Source of the DNA: Octopus vulgaris
Lineage: Eukaryota
Assembly: GCA_951406725.2 (NCBI GenBank)
Contig: OX597836.1
Coordinates: forward strand, 17,670,001-17,734,000
Reading direction: 5' to 3'
DNA length: 64,000 nt
In this document: piece by piece, positions 13,933 through 28,125 of the stretch
Numbering within the stretch: the stretch's first letter is position 1
Layout of the letters: each line of letters opens with the position of its first letter
The notes under the pieces: generated by a model
What the model was told of the DNA's origin: nothing
Database searches by the model: none
The model's input: the letters and a program-made list of their open reading frames with translations, nothing else
Made by a program: the position numbers and the translations under genes

Positions 13933-13996
<64 letters not shown>

Positions 13997-14007
13997 TATT
14001 ATTAAAA

Positions 14008-14222
14008 GACGGTGGAGTTGGCAGAATCGTTAGCCCGCCAGGCAATATGCATAGTGGCATTTCGTCCGTCTTTACGTTCTGAGTTCAAATTCCGCCGAGA
14101 TCGACTTTGCCTTTCATCCATTCGAGGTCGATAAATTAAGTACCAGTGAAACACTGGGGTCGATGTCTAGTGCCCCCCCACCCCCAACAAATTGTTAGAC
14201 CTTGTGTCTATAGTAGAAAGGA
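14008..14222 (+). mobile_element. Diverged SINE family A copy following a (TTA)n tract
   Basis: GGCAGAATCGTTAGC...GAGTTCAAATTCCGCCGAG...GTACCAG. Confidence 0.82.
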
Positions 14223-14223
14223 G

Positions 14224-14315
14224 TATTACCTCCGCCAAGGAAGGGGGTTATGTTTTCATTGGCGTTGGTTTGTCTGTCTATCTGTGTGCAAGATAACTCA
14301 AAAAGTTGTGAAATT
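14224..14315 (+). mobile_element. Terminal fragment of a Helentron-associated (DINE-1/HINE-like) non-autonomous element
   Basis: TATTACCTCCGCCAAGG...GGTTATGTTTTCATTGGCGTTGGTTTGTCTGTCT...GCAAGATAACTCAAAAAG matches, from memory, the typical subterminal hairpin plus GTCY-repeat start of HINEs. Confidence 0.6.
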
Positions 14316-14324
14316 GACTCCCTT

Positions 14325-14560
14325 TTAGTCTTAGTCCTTATTCTATCGCTCCGTTTTGACAGACCGCTAGAATACCAAAACGTAAACACACGAACATCGG
14401 CTTTCAAGCGATGGTGAGAGACAAACACAGACAGAAAGACAGAAAAACACACATAGATATATACCAAATCCACTGACAAGGCTTTTGTCGGCGTGAGATT
14501 ATAGTGGGTGACTCTAACCCAAAGTGCCACGCAGTGGAACTGGAACCTGAACCATGTTTT
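14325..14560 (-). mobile_element. Diverged SINE family B
   Basis: ACCAAATCCACTGACAAGGCTTT...GTGCCACGCAGTGGAACTG...AACCATGT. Confidence 0.7.
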
Positions 14561-14722
14561 GGGAAACGTTTATATATGCGTATCTATATTTTAATTAATA
14601 TTTAGCAAAAGCAACAAAGTGAGTCAAGGCACGAGAGTTTCGTGTGTCAGCATTTATTAAACTTGGTAAGAGTTGAAGCACGGAACTCTGGAACCCTAAA
14701 CTCTGGAACACATAAACACATA

Positions 14723-14885
14723 GGCGTAGGAGTAGCTGTGTGGTAAGTAGCTTGTTTACCAACCACATGGTTCCGGGTTCAGTCCCACTGCGTGGCATCT
14801 TGGGCAAGTATCTTCTACTATAGCCACAGGCCGACTAAAGCCTTGTGAGTGTTTTTGATAGACGGAAACTGAAAGAAGCCCGTTG

Positions 14886-14957
<72 letters not shown>

Positions 14958-15155
14958 ATTGTGTGTCCCCCCAACATCGCTTGACAACCGATGCTGGTGT
15001 GTTTACGTCCCCGTAACTTAGCGGTTCGGCAAAAGACAGCGATAGAAGAAGTACTAGGCTTACAAAGAATAAGTCATGGGGTCGATTTGCTCGACTAAAG
15101 CGGTGCTCCAGCATGGCCACAGTCAAATGACTGAAACAAGTAAAGGAGTAAAAGA
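14723..15155 (+). mobile_element. SINE family B, full length
   Basis: Head GGCGTAGGAGTAGCTGTGTGG, microsatellite linker, 3' CAGTCAAATGACTGAAACAAG tail. Confidence 0.92.
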
Positions 15156-15457
15156 CTATATGTGTGTATGTGTGCGCGTATGTGTATTTATATACATATA
15201 CAGTACATATATATATATATATATGTTGTGGTGCACCTGAGCACTGTATACAATAATTTCATTATTATTATATATAGATGCATATGCATTTGTGTGTACA
15301 TATATATATGTATCTCTCCCTCTCTGTATGTCTCTCTTCCCTCTCTCTTCCCTCTCTCCCGGTTGGTGTGTTTCTATGTATCTACATGTAAACGCTATCA
15401 CATCGCTCTTTCCCTCATAAGTATGTATGTATATATACATATGTGTCCGTGTATGCG

Positions 15458-15504
<47 letters not shown>

Positions 15505-15523
15505 GCATATATATATATTCATA

Positions 15524-15572
<49 letters not shown>

Positions 15573-16429
15573 GGTATATATATCCATCTATCTTTCCATA
15601 TACTCACGTATATATCTATATATCTAACTTATACCTATCTAGATATACACCTCCGTGCTTCTGTTTTATGTTTGTTCGTTAACGATCTATCTACATAAGT
15701 GGTATTCATTCTGCTCTCTCTCTCCACCACACACAATATCTCTCCTTTTCCCTCTCTCGCTCTCTCTCTCTCTGGATTCTCCCTCTTTCTATCTATCATG
15801 CTATTTATCTTTCTCTCTCTCTTCATCATTCTGCTTATCTCTCATTCTATCTATAGACACGTCACTTAAATCTCCGAATCTATATCAGTAGAATCGAAAT
15901 CCTTAACATTTCAAAATCAATTGTCTATTCATCATTTCTTTCAGCCTGACATTTCGTGTAACATTCACGTCAGCCAGGCTCAATTGATTTCCACGAAATT
16001 ACACCGGATATTGCTCAGTGAACCAGAGAACAATATCCGGTTTGGAATGTTTGCTCACCGTAGACGTTTTGCTTTGCAAAAACCTAAAAATCTTCCACGC
16101 AATATTCATTTTATTTGCTTGAAACTGGAGATATAGCAAGACTTATGGACGTGTGGCGTTCTCTATATTTTTGGACGATATTCCAAACGGACACAAGTGG
16201 ATATTGTTTCTGCTAGATACTGTCTCTGTTAAAAGGTTAGATATATTTTCCATACATACAAACAATACCCTCAATCCTTACATTCACTTACAACACTAAA
16301 CCACAACCACCTTCCCCAGCAGGCGTACATCCTTCTCTATCTCCCCTCCTCTCTCTCCTTCTCACTCCCTCTCTCACCTCTCCCTCTCTCTGTGTAGATG
16401 TACATATATTGTATATGTATGTATGTTCG

Positions 16430-16469
<40 letters not shown>

Positions 16470-16488
16470 TACACACACACACACGCAT

Positions 16489-16541
<53 letters not shown>

Positions 16542-16542
<1 letters not shown>

Positions 16543-16950
16543 GCAGGCGTAGTTATGTAGTAAGAAGATTCCTTCCCCACCATATGGTTTCCAGGTTCAG
16601 TCCCACTGCGAGACACCTTGGGCAAGTGTCTTCTACTATAGCCCTTGGGGGCCAACCAAAGCCCTGTGAATGGAATTGGTAGACGGAAACTGAAAGATGA
16701 CTGTCGTATGTATATGTGTGTGTATATTTATAAATACATACATACATACATAAATATATATATATATATATATGTATATATGTGTAGGTTTGTGTGATTG
16801 CGTGGCTTTGTATATATGCTTGCCCTCCTTTGAGAACCGGTGTTCTCAAGTGAGGCAATGGAACAAGCACCAGGTTTAAAGCGGAATAACTACTGGGAAT
16901 CGATTCGTTCAGAATGGCCGTGGACTGATGACTGAAACAAGTATAAGATA
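16542..16950 (+). mobile_element. Diverged SINE family B
   Basis: CAGGTTCAGTCCCACTGCG...GGCAAGTGTCTTCTACTATAGCC...TGACTGAAACAAG. Confidence 0.8.
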
Positions 16951-17204
16951 ATATATATTGTTATTATTGCCATTTTAAGCCTGTTACTTATTCTATATCC
17001 CTCTTTTGTCGAACTGCTAAGTTACAGGAAGTAGCACACACATACGCACACCACACAGATGCACACAAACGTACACACATATGCATATGTATATATACAC
17101 ATATATACATATGTGTGTGTATTGTATATATATATATATATATATAACATTATTGGTGAATTGAAGAAATGGAGCTGAACGCAGATTGAACAGAAATCGT
17201 TTTA

Positions 17205-17294
17205 TTTCATTCTACACGTGTTTCGAAAGGCACAAATTACCAAAATCCGATGGAATAATGGGACCATATTGTGTCTTTCTCTTCAGGAAGAAAA
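17205..17294 (-). ncRNA. Type I hammerhead ribozyme motif in a Penelope-like terminus
   Basis: Minus strand: ttc CTGAAGA gaaagacacaa...ttgtgcctttc GAAAC acgt GTA gaa. Long stem II, palindromic stem III ACACGTGT, GUA site. Confidence 0.75.
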
Positions 17295-17378
17295 TAGGAA
17301 ATCCGTTGGAAAAACAAAAACAGAACAGAGGCGGAGCAAAAACAAATCGAACAATGCTCCTAAGAGCCCATGGCGAAA

Positions 17379-17423
<45 letters not shown>

Positions 17424-17426
<3 letters not shown>

Positions 17427-17632
17427 GACGCCATGATAGATCGTTAGCTCCTACACACATTTTTTCTCTCATTGTTTCTCTCCTTGTTTTTTTCTGTGTA
17501 TCTTTCTGTCGAAGAGCGTAGGCTCGAAACGTAAAAGACTTTTTCTATTCCTGAGCGCTATACTAATACATTTGTTTGTTTTTACTCCACCTGCCTTCGT
17601 CTTTTGTTTATTTTCGTAAACCTTTTCGTTAT
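17424..17632 (+). mobile_element. Short Penelope-like terminal element with a variant minimal hammerhead at 17501-17538
   Basis: tcttt CTGTCGA A gagc-gtag-gctc GAAAC GTA aaaga; flanked by (TA)n; second copy at 62775-62962. Confidence 0.65.
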
Positions 17633-17891
17633 ATATATTTATATATATTTTGGTCCAAGTATAAATGCTTGGACGAAAATATTCTTTGTGAATGAACAGA
17701 TTTACGCTACACACTACGTGAGCCAATAGTGATTAGTCAATGCAGACCACGTGACTTCTTTTGCTTGTTGCCATAAACGTATATTTGTATAGGTGAAACA
17801 CCAAAGGAGGAATGTGTCAAGGTCACGCTCTTCGCCTGACCAAAGCCTACAAGTTTGTTCGTAGTGCGCCAGATAAAAGGCGTATGTATTT

Positions 17892-17953
<62 letters not shown>

Positions 17954-18495
17954 TGTGTGTCTCTGTGTGTGCTTTGTTGGCATCATAAGAATTTTGACTC
18001 TTGAAGTCCGTGAAGGTATTTTAAGAAGTGTGAATATCGAACCAAATAAAGTTGTGAATGATTTTGAGTAAAAACAATTTATCTCCACCCACTTCAAAAA
18101 GTGGAAGGCTAATTGCGGTACGAACCCGTGTCACCCGTATACATGACTGCCCTTCAACCATTGAACGAAAGCAATACTTTGCATATCTCTATCCATTCTA
18201 GAGACTAAGACAGAACTATTTCAAAAGTACATAAGCAAAAGCATACACGCTTTCTTTCTCTCTCTCTATGTTTGGGTGTGTATTTGTGTGAGTGTGTGTG
18301 TCCATTGCTTAGAAATACACACGTCCATGAACACATAAGCACACATGGATATATATTTTCGTGTACATGCATACATTCACATCCAGACATAATGGCATAT
18401 AGCACATGCGTATATACTAATAAGGGCATTACAATCTGTCTATCTAAACACAAACATTTATTTACACATAAACATGCAATCGCCAACACTGATTT

Positions 18496-18497
<2 letters not shown>

Positions 18498-18589
<92 letters not shown>

Positions 18590-18628
18590 GTCTGCTGTCT
18601 GTCTCTCTGTTCATCTGTCTGTGTGTCA

Positions 18629-18684
<56 letters not shown>

Positions 18685-18724
18685 GTCTGCCTGTCTGTCT
18701 CTCTGTTCATCTGTCTGTGTGTCA

Positions 18725-18795
<71 letters not shown>

Positions 18796-18840
18796 CCTCC
18801 CACTCTGTATGCCTCTCTCTCTCTCTCTCTATCTATCTAT
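18498..18840. repeat. (TATC)n with a higher-order duplication of the CTGTCTGTCTCTCTGTTCATCTGTCTGTGTGTCAA spacer
   Basis: The spacer appears at about 18594 and about 18691. Confidence 0.9.
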
Positions 18841-19130
18841 ACATCGGCTGCGTATACCAATTTGCTTGCTTTATCTGTCGATCTGACACGAAAGATCACT
18901 AGGAAAGATATTCCTGTTATTTGCACGAACTTCCGGTGAAGATATAACTTCCATTAATGGCGGCATAAGGACTAACCTAGATTGATATGGAGACGCGGTA
19001 GTATTCGGTAACCCGGATATAGTAGCGAACAATAAAACTGTATTTATTCGAGAGTAAACGTAGTGATAGTACAGCACGTAAATTCTTAGCTCGAGCGTCA
19101 GAGAATCCAACATGCACATGCGCATATATT

Positions 19131-19182
<52 letters not shown>

Positions 19183-19599
19183 CACACAAACAAACACACA
19201 CACACACACACTCACACATATATATATATACGCATATACACTGACAAGCATACAATTATATGCATTGAGACCTAGACGGAAACAGAGTGACAGAAACGGA
19301 CGTACGTTACGGAATGCATGTATAGTAAATAAGTTCATCGTGCAACCACGTATTTCAGAGTTCGATCTCAAATTTTTCAATGAATTAACTATATATATAT
19401 ATATATATATATTTTTTTTATATATAGTCGACAGAAATCATAGTGGGTATAGTAAAAAAAAAACTATCAAGATTTTTTAGAAGTAATATCATGAGATTTG
19501 GTAAAGAAAAACTTAAATCAAGATGTTAGCTGAAAATTAAGGGGGTCGGCCACTAGCAGACCATTCATAATGAAACAGGGGAAATCTTATCATGTAGTA

Positions 19600-19810
19600 C
19601 TATATTCTTTTATTCTTTTATTTGTTTTACGTATTTGACTGCGGCCCATGCACCGCCTTTAGTCGAATAAATCGACACCAGGACTTATTCTTTTTAAACC
19701 TAGTACTTATTTTATCGGATCTCATGCCGAACCGCTAAGTTACGGGGACGTAAACGCACCAGCATCGGTTGTCATATGATGTTGAGGGTACAAACACAGA
19801 CACACAAACA
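19600..19810 (-). mobile_element. SINE family B, 3' half
   Basis: TTTGACTGCGGCC...GCCGAACCGCTAAGTTACGGGGACGTAAACGCACCAGCATCGGTTGTC. Confidence 0.8.
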
Positions 19811-20292
19811 CAAACACACACACGCATATACACACAAACACACATATATATGCATGGATATATATATATATGCTTATATGGATCTTTGTGGTTTTCTTCG
19901 CTGTTTACAATTTTGTTCCAATTGTTTTCAAATTTGGAATATGGATTAACTTTTGTATACTTATCATGGAAATGCAATTCATTTTCTCTATAAACCCACA
20001 ATTAAAAATATATTAGCATTTAAAATTTGCAAAATTTGGATATTTTAGCCAACGAGAAGCGAAGAACTCTGTTTCCATGGTAACGAAAGATGCTGCGCAT
20101 GCGCATATGGAGTGTAGGAAACAAACACCGGTGTGGGACACACCGTTTCATGGTTGACTCTTATCTTTGTGAATTAATGTGGAGCGGTAGATACGAAAAA
20201 TATTTTTTTTTTATAAAATCCTAGAATGTGCTGCAAACTTCCATTCTTTAATTTTTTAAGTGATAAATGTGTGTTTAAACAATGTTTTAACT

Positions 20293-20472
20293 GTTATTTC
20301 TAGTAACATCTGTTGGTTTGATCGTAACTATCAAATATTTAATTTGCTCGCGATTGTTTTAATGTTAACTTTGCTCGTGTATATTTTTATGTTTTGAATG
20401 TTATTTCTAGCAACTCCTGTTGGTTTGTTCGTAGCTTTAAATATTTAATTTGTTCACGAATGTTTTCATGTT
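20293..20472. repeat. Diverged about 107-bp tandem duplication within an unclassified element (about 19880-20725)
   Basis: GTTATTTCTAG..CTGTTGGTTTG..AAATATTTAATTTG recurs at 20293 and 20400; a GGTTGC-GATT-GCAACC hairpin lies near 20701. Confidence 0.65.
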
Positions 20473-21390
20473 TTTCACTGTTTACTGCAGCTAGTTTAAT
20501 GTTTTGACATGCCGATGCCCACCCCCGGATGATGGAAGAAGCTGCGAAAGGGCTGTTTTCTGATTGGCTGATAATTCTGGAAATTATCAAACTTTGAACA
20601 CCTGTAACATCGTTGCGCAAATTTTCTGGAATAACTGAATAACAAATTCGGATTCAACGTCAAAAATTATATCTAAATGATACACGAAAAATTTATTAAG
20701 GTTGCGATTGCAACCCTATTAAAAATGGTGCAGCCGCTTCCTTGTCTTAACTTGATATCCCTCAGTATGGCCGTTTTATGATTCTCTTTTATAAACCTTG
20801 CGTTGTATAATGTAGATTTGTCCGTTAAGTTAGACACAAACGATCTCTATTTCAAGTTCTGCACCATGTTATAGTATAGTTGCAATTGCAATGATTACTA
20901 TTCGGTGCAACTGAAACATGTATTGGTCTTAAAAGGCAGTGTATAATTATAGAATTAAAGCTACTTCGGAGTAATCCTTATTTTTGATATTGTCAATATT
21001 TATAATCCAGGAAGCCTGTATGGTTAAGGAAATAGATTTAGAATTACACAACGGAATATTCATCTAATTTCTTATCTTATAAGAACTTTATTGGATTTAT
21101 ATGTGGAAAGTTGCATAACATATTTTGAATACCTAACTGAGAGTATACTGATGATCATTTTGATGTAATCCCTTACTTTTTACTATATATATTAAAAAAA
21201 TATATATATGCTTATATACATATATGTACAGTTTTATATATATATATATATATAAATATTTGAGTAGTTGAATGAATTATCTTGTTATGGATAATTCGGT
21301 TAACCGATACCTGGGTAGCAAATTCACATCAGAGAAGACACGTTTGAAGTTACGTGCTTTCGTGTGGAAATTTGTATGTTTTTTTTAAAA

Positions 21391-21647
21391 ATATAAATAT
21401 ATGAAAGAATGGAGCTGAACGACAAATTAAACAAAATTCCTTTATTTTCGACATATGTTTCGAAGGCTGCATATTCCTAATTGCGAAGGAATAAGGAGTA
21501 TATTATGCCGCTTTCTCATCAGGAAAAGCAAGGAACTTATGTTAACATCAAGATGCAATTAGGAATATGCAGCCTTCGAAACATATGTCGAAAATAAAGG
21601 AATTTTGTTAATTCGTCGTTCAACTCCATTCTTTCATATATTTATAT
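21391..21647. mobile_element. Fold-back Penelope-like terminus (arms 21391-21484 and 21555-21647)
   Basis: Near-perfect inverted arms of about 93 bp abutting (TA)n; related to the element at about 17165. Confidence 0.78.
21445..21527 (-). ncRNA. Type I hammerhead ribozyme motif
   Basis: Minus strand: ttttc CTGATGA gaaagc...gccttc GAAAC atat GTC gaaaa. 5-bp stem I, palindromic stem III ACATATGT, GUC site. Confidence 0.8.
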
Positions 21648-22093
21648 ATATATATATATATATGCGTGTGTGTGTATGTATGTATATATGCATATAGGGG
21701 TACAGGACATCACAAACAACAAGAAAAACAAATGGAAAACAAGACAAGTAACATAAAGGACCCTTTATCAGGTGTCGGCTGTCCATCTATTCCTCATTTC
21801 GAGCAATTAACGATAAAAGATAAGATAGATTTGAAAGAGGAACACACAGGCACCCGCAAAAAAGTAATGGTTGACAGAGCTAAGACTTCATCTTTGCTCT
21901 GAGAAGGTAATTAGAATGTACCATACTTCCAAGTCATCCTTCATTATTTGGTTGTTTTTCTCCTTTTATGTCTGGAAATTTTTCATTTTGTTCTTTTATT
22001 TTATGAAAATTTCCTTTGAAGAAGGAACTGTTCTCACACAGTGTATTTGTCTACCTATATACCTACCTACTTACGTGTCCTCTGTCTATCTGT

Positions 22094-22170
<77 letters not shown>

Positions 22171-22188
22171 CATCTATCTATCTGTCTG

Positions 22189-22241
<53 letters not shown>

Positions 22242-22304
22242 TTACCTATCTATCTATCAGCCGCTTTCTCTCTCCTCACATCCCAACACATCCGAAAATG
22301 CAAA

Positions 22305-22365
<61 letters not shown>

Positions 22366-23195
22366 AATTCATATATCTGAAAATGCAAAGTTATATTTGT
22401 GAGTGTACACACACACACACACATCACACACACACACACACACACACATTCACACATAAGTAGTCTCTGTGCTTTAAGTGCAGCTAGTTACATCATTCAA
22501 TCTCTCGGTGAGTTTCCTTAACTCCTCCTTTTCCTCCTTTATTCTTTCTCCGGTTGCTACTCCACCCTCATTCAGCCGTCTCCTATGTTTATTATAAATA
22601 TATATATATATATATATATGTGTATATATATATATGTATGCGCGTGTATAACTGGCATGACGTAATGAACAGCATACTGTCTTTTTATTCAATCAATCAC
22701 TTCAGTCAAAGCCGCTCTTTCACGTCCAACTTCCATATTTTTTCTCCAGTAATGTCTACTAAATCTATGTTTATTTGTGTGTATGTGTGTGTGTATTTGT
22801 GTGTAAGTGCGTGTGTGCGTGTGTGTGTTGGCGTTTATCGGTGTGAGTGCGTGTGTGGTGCCTGCGTGCTAATTTTGTGTGCGTGTGTATGCGCCTCTGT
22901 GTCGGTGTGTCTGGCTCTGTGTGTGTGCATGCTACGCCGATGACGTATTCAGCATTACAATATCACATGATATCACTCTGTGTGTACAACATGTTACTGT
23001 ACCGTGATAATATCGACGGTGGTTAGTGGATAAGAAACCGTGTGATACGGCACATTGTGGTGGTAGCGGTGGTGAAATATATATGGAGAGGAAGGAACGG
23101 AGAGTCAGAAAGAGAGTGAGAGAGAAAGTTAGAGAGAGAGCATATATGCATATATATGTTTATACAATTATGTATATACACACACGTATATAAAC

Positions 23196-23233
<38 letters not shown>

Positions 23234-23361
23234 ACATACATATATACGTACATACATTTGATATAAATCTGTAATATTTTATAACTTGTCCGTGTGTCAG
23301 TCATTAGACCGCGGCCATTCTATGGATGTGTAAATATATATATATATATATATGTAAATAG

Positions 23362-23399
<38 letters not shown>

Positions 23400-23508
23400 A
23401 TATATACATATATATATATATATAGAATATATATTTATAATATATATTTATATATATATATATATATAATAGATATATATATATATAGTGAATATATATA
23501 TTTATATA

Positions 23509-23579
<71 letters not shown>

Positions 23580-24335
23580 CATATGTATATATATGTATAT
23601 ATTCATATATAGTACATAGCGTGACTGTGACGTGGTTATATATTTTGATGTCTAGAGATATCAATGGGTGTATGTATGTATGTATGTATGTATGTATGCG
23701 CCTATGTTTTTGTCTGTGTGTGCGTCAGTGTGTGAGTGTGTGAAGCAACGTCTGTATGTTTGTGTGGGTGTAATTATTCAGTGATTACATGCTTAGAAAT
23801 GCAGCGTGTGAGTGTGTGTGTATTTGTTGGGTGGAGTGTGCATATATCTATGTAAATCTCTCTAGAGGTCTGTGTCTGTGTGTTCATATCCGCATGCATA
23901 CGCACACACATACGAGCGCATATACACACGCACGCACACACACACGTTATTCCTTCTTTCCGTGCCGTACATTACTAGACACGTCTGTCTTTCTGATCTT
24001 CCCTTTCTTTAAGAGATGACGACACAGGATTCTTGTTAAACTATTCACTATTTTGGTGGGGATTAAGTGTTGCAGTGAATGAATTCCGCGATCCTGTCTC
24101 AGAAGGTTAATAAAAATTCTCGTATCTTTCATCTTCCGCCTCTTCCGTGAACTAAATATCTATCTATCTCGCTATGTATGTATGTATGTATGTATGTATG
24201 TATGTATGTATGTATGTATGTATGTATGTATGTATGTATCTATCTATTTATCAATATACACGCTAATATACACATTTACACACACACAGATTAGACAGTC
24301 AGAGAAGCAAATAAATAATAGAAGCATAGATAAGA

Positions 24336-24442
<107 letters not shown>

Positions 24443-24443
24443 G

Positions 24444-24812
<369 letters not shown>

Positions 24813-25010
24813 GTTGAACTTATAAATGGTCTATGACTATTTAATTTTTTCCCACTAGGCCGCTGGTGGCAAAAAAATTCTACAAAATTTTTTGCCACCC
24901 TATATTGATTAATATATATATATATATGTATATAACGCGGGGGAGAGAGAAAGGTAGATAGTTAGAGAGAGAGGGAGATAAATTGACAACCGGTCAGATA
25001 CGTAGATAGG

Positions 25011-25069
<59 letters not shown>

Positions 25070-25119
25070 TTAAAAAGTTAAATAGAGAGATAACTGTCTC
25101 TATCTAAACAACCGTATCG

Positions 25120-26310
25120 TCTTCTCTCTCAGTCAGTTACGGTTTGCCTCTCCCTCTGTCTGATTTCCTCCCTCTCTGTCACTCTCTCTCTCTCTCTGTC
25201 TCTCTGTCTGTTACTTTGCCTGTCTGACTATCTGTCTGGCCGTCTCTCTCTCTCTCTCTCCCTCACTCTCTCCCTCCCTCCCTCACTCTCTCCTTTCCAT
25301 TCACAACTTTTCTCCTCAATATTGTTCCCCTTTCCTCTTCTATTCAGTCTCTCTTACCAAATCTTTCTGCTTCCAAATTTTCTCCTCCTCTTTCTTCTCC
25401 TCCTCCTCCTCCTTTCCCTCTTTCCCTCTCTATTTCCCTGTCACTCTTTATCTCTTTTCCAGCTCGTCTTTATCAGTTTGTCTTCCTCTTTCTTCCATTC
25501 TCTCTCTCTCCCATCTTTCCTTTCTTAGCATTCTGTTACCCCCCCACCTGTAATTGCCAACCATTCTCTCTGTCTCTCTCTTAGTCACTTCAACTGTTCA
25601 AATATTCCATCTCTTGCACGCTCCAATCGAGCCCACCACTTCTCTCTCTATCTCTCTCCCTCATGTCTTATCACTCTATCACTCCGTTTCTCTCCCTCTT
25701 TCCCTCTCCCCATCTCTCTCCCTTCCCCCTCCCGCTCCTCTCCCTCCCTCCCTTTTCTCCTATTCTATCATCTCCTCACTTTTCTTTCCATCTCTCTCTC
25801 CCCTTCATTCCTTCTTTACCATCTTCTATATCACTTTAACATCCTCTCACTACCACCCCAAAACTCCTTTGTCACTTTTTCTCACCCCCTCTCTCACTCC
25901 CAATCTATCGTATTTTCTTAACATTCTTTCATTCTCCCACACACGCTTCTTCACACTCTCTTTCTCTCCCCTCGCATCCTACCCCCCCCTAATATTTGAT
26001 CCTCCTCTCACTTCTACCCCCACACACGAGTCATTCTATCCGTCTCCCTCTCTCCTTACAAACCTCTCATTACCACCCCCACACTGCCCCATCACACTAT
26101 CATTCTCCTTCCTTACCTCCTACCTTCTAATCACTTAATACCCTCTCACTTCCACCCTAAACTTTCCCTTCACCCTATGTTTCTCCATCACTAACTCCCT
26201 TCCTTCCCCCTATTCCGCTTCTATTCTAATGTTCCCCTTTTCTCTCTACCCCTCCCCTCTATTGTCTTAATATCCGACATCATCCGCTTTCTCCGACCTC
26301 TTCCGCGTTA
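25120..26310. repeat. About 1.2-kb degenerate pyrimidine-rich (CT) tract
   Basis: Strong C/T skew on the + strand. Confidence 0.85.
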
Positions 26311-26330
26311 TCTAATCAATATACCTCTCA

Positions 26331-26692
26331 ACCACCACCACCACCACCACCACCACCACCATCACCACCACAACCACAACCACCACCACCACCACCACCA
26401 CCACCACCACCACCACCACCACCACCACCACCACCACAACCACCACTACCACAACCACCACCACCACCACCACCACCACCATCACCACCAGCACCAGCAC
26501 CAGCACCACCACCACCACCACCACCATCACCACCACCACCACCACCACCACCACCACCACCACCACCACCATCACCACCAGCACCAGCACCAGCACCACC
26601 ACCAGCACCATCACCACCACCACCACCATCACCACCACCACCACCACCACCACCACCACCACCACCACCACCACCACCACCACCACCACCAC
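26331..26692. repeat. (CCA)n microsatellite with CCAGCA/CCATCA variants
   Basis: Directly visible; a variant block is repeated with a period of about 90 bp. Confidence 0.95.
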
Positions 26693-27114
26693 GTCCGCCA
26701 CCGCTAACATGCATGACATCCACACACACGCCACCCTTTCATCTCACCCTTGAAATCTATGATATATCTTCACTGTCAACATCCTAATTGTCATTTTCGT
26801 TCAGCTGAAATGTAATAACTTGGTGAATAATAGTAATTTAACATTAACTTAACTTTACTTCCATTACTAGAATACACCTAAATAGACACACGCGCTTACA
26901 GGTAAGCGTACACATATATACACGTTAACATCGATAAGCACACATACCTGTGTCTATGCATATATATATGCATTTACTTACATGCAAATACACGCACAGC
27001 TACAGGTATATGTATGCGAACGTATACATACTTATATGAATATATATACCACGTATACACTCGGATAGTGTATATATATATATATATATATCATACACAT
27101 ACGTTATGTCATAT

Positions 27115-27151
<37 letters not shown>

Positions 27152-27656
27152 GTATATATATATACATATATATTATGTGTGCACTCATCAGACACGTATA
27201 TATTCATACGTGTACGGGTATATGTGGATAGTTGGGCATAAACTGTCATGCTTACACCTCTTAATGTTTAACCGCCAATCACGAGTTTGTACCATGCTTT
27301 CATTAAATGCTTCAAAAGCCTGTATAACCGCGTGCAGGCATAGCTTCCAGTTGACACACAGTGACAATGTGAATTGAAGCACCTTGCACAAAGGAAAACA
27401 CGGTCCAGGAATCGTACCAGTGACATTGTGTGCATAACACCGTAACTTCTAGGCCATACACCTTCAAACACTATAACAAGCAAGATTATATCGTAATATA
27501 CTACATATCTGTGTACCCGTCAAAGAATGAATGAATGGATATACCTATATAGATAAAGTATCTCTCTCTCTCTCTATCGATCGAGCGATCGATTGATCTA
27601 TCTATCGGTTTGTCTATCTCTATATGTATCTATATATCAATCCATTTATTTCTTTG

Positions 27657-27723
<67 letters not shown>

Positions 27724-27733
27724 ATTTAAAAGA

Positions 27734-28125
27734 AGAAAAGAAAATGTAGATAAGGAAGTTAACAATTAATTATTATTAACAAATTGGTCATCTTCACTTC
27801 TTACAGCTGTTTCGATTAATACTTAAGAATTTAATTACAAATTTGTAGATTATATTTGCATTTATGTGCCGAAAATAATCTCAACAGATGAAAAAAATAA
27901 TGTTTCTCTGGATGTTATATGCGGACCTGTCAATTCATTTCAGTAGACTCTCAAGGCACATCTGTTTTTTTCTGTGATGAAATTAAGCTCATGTAACATA
28001 AATGCAAATTTGATGTACAAATTAGTAAATAAATTATTGAGTATTAATTGAAACGACTGTAAGAAGATGACCAATTTGCTAATAATGAATAATTGTTATC
28101 TTCCTTATCTGCATTCTCTTTTCTT
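27734..28125. mobile_element. Diverged fold-back element (arms about 27734-27866 and 28000-28125) with the 3' half of a hammerhead
   Basis: GATAAGGAAG..AACAATTA..CAAATTGGTCATCTT is mirrored by AAGATGACCAATTTG..TAATTGTT..CTTCCTTATC; minus strand GAAACAGCTGTA at about 27802. Confidence 0.65.

Noticed and set aside
26328-26729. Gly-rich ORF (GGGDGAGGGAGAG) resembling a structural protein
   Set aside because: It coincides exactly with a (CCA)n microsatellite, shows no third-position variation, and has no signal peptide or splice context.
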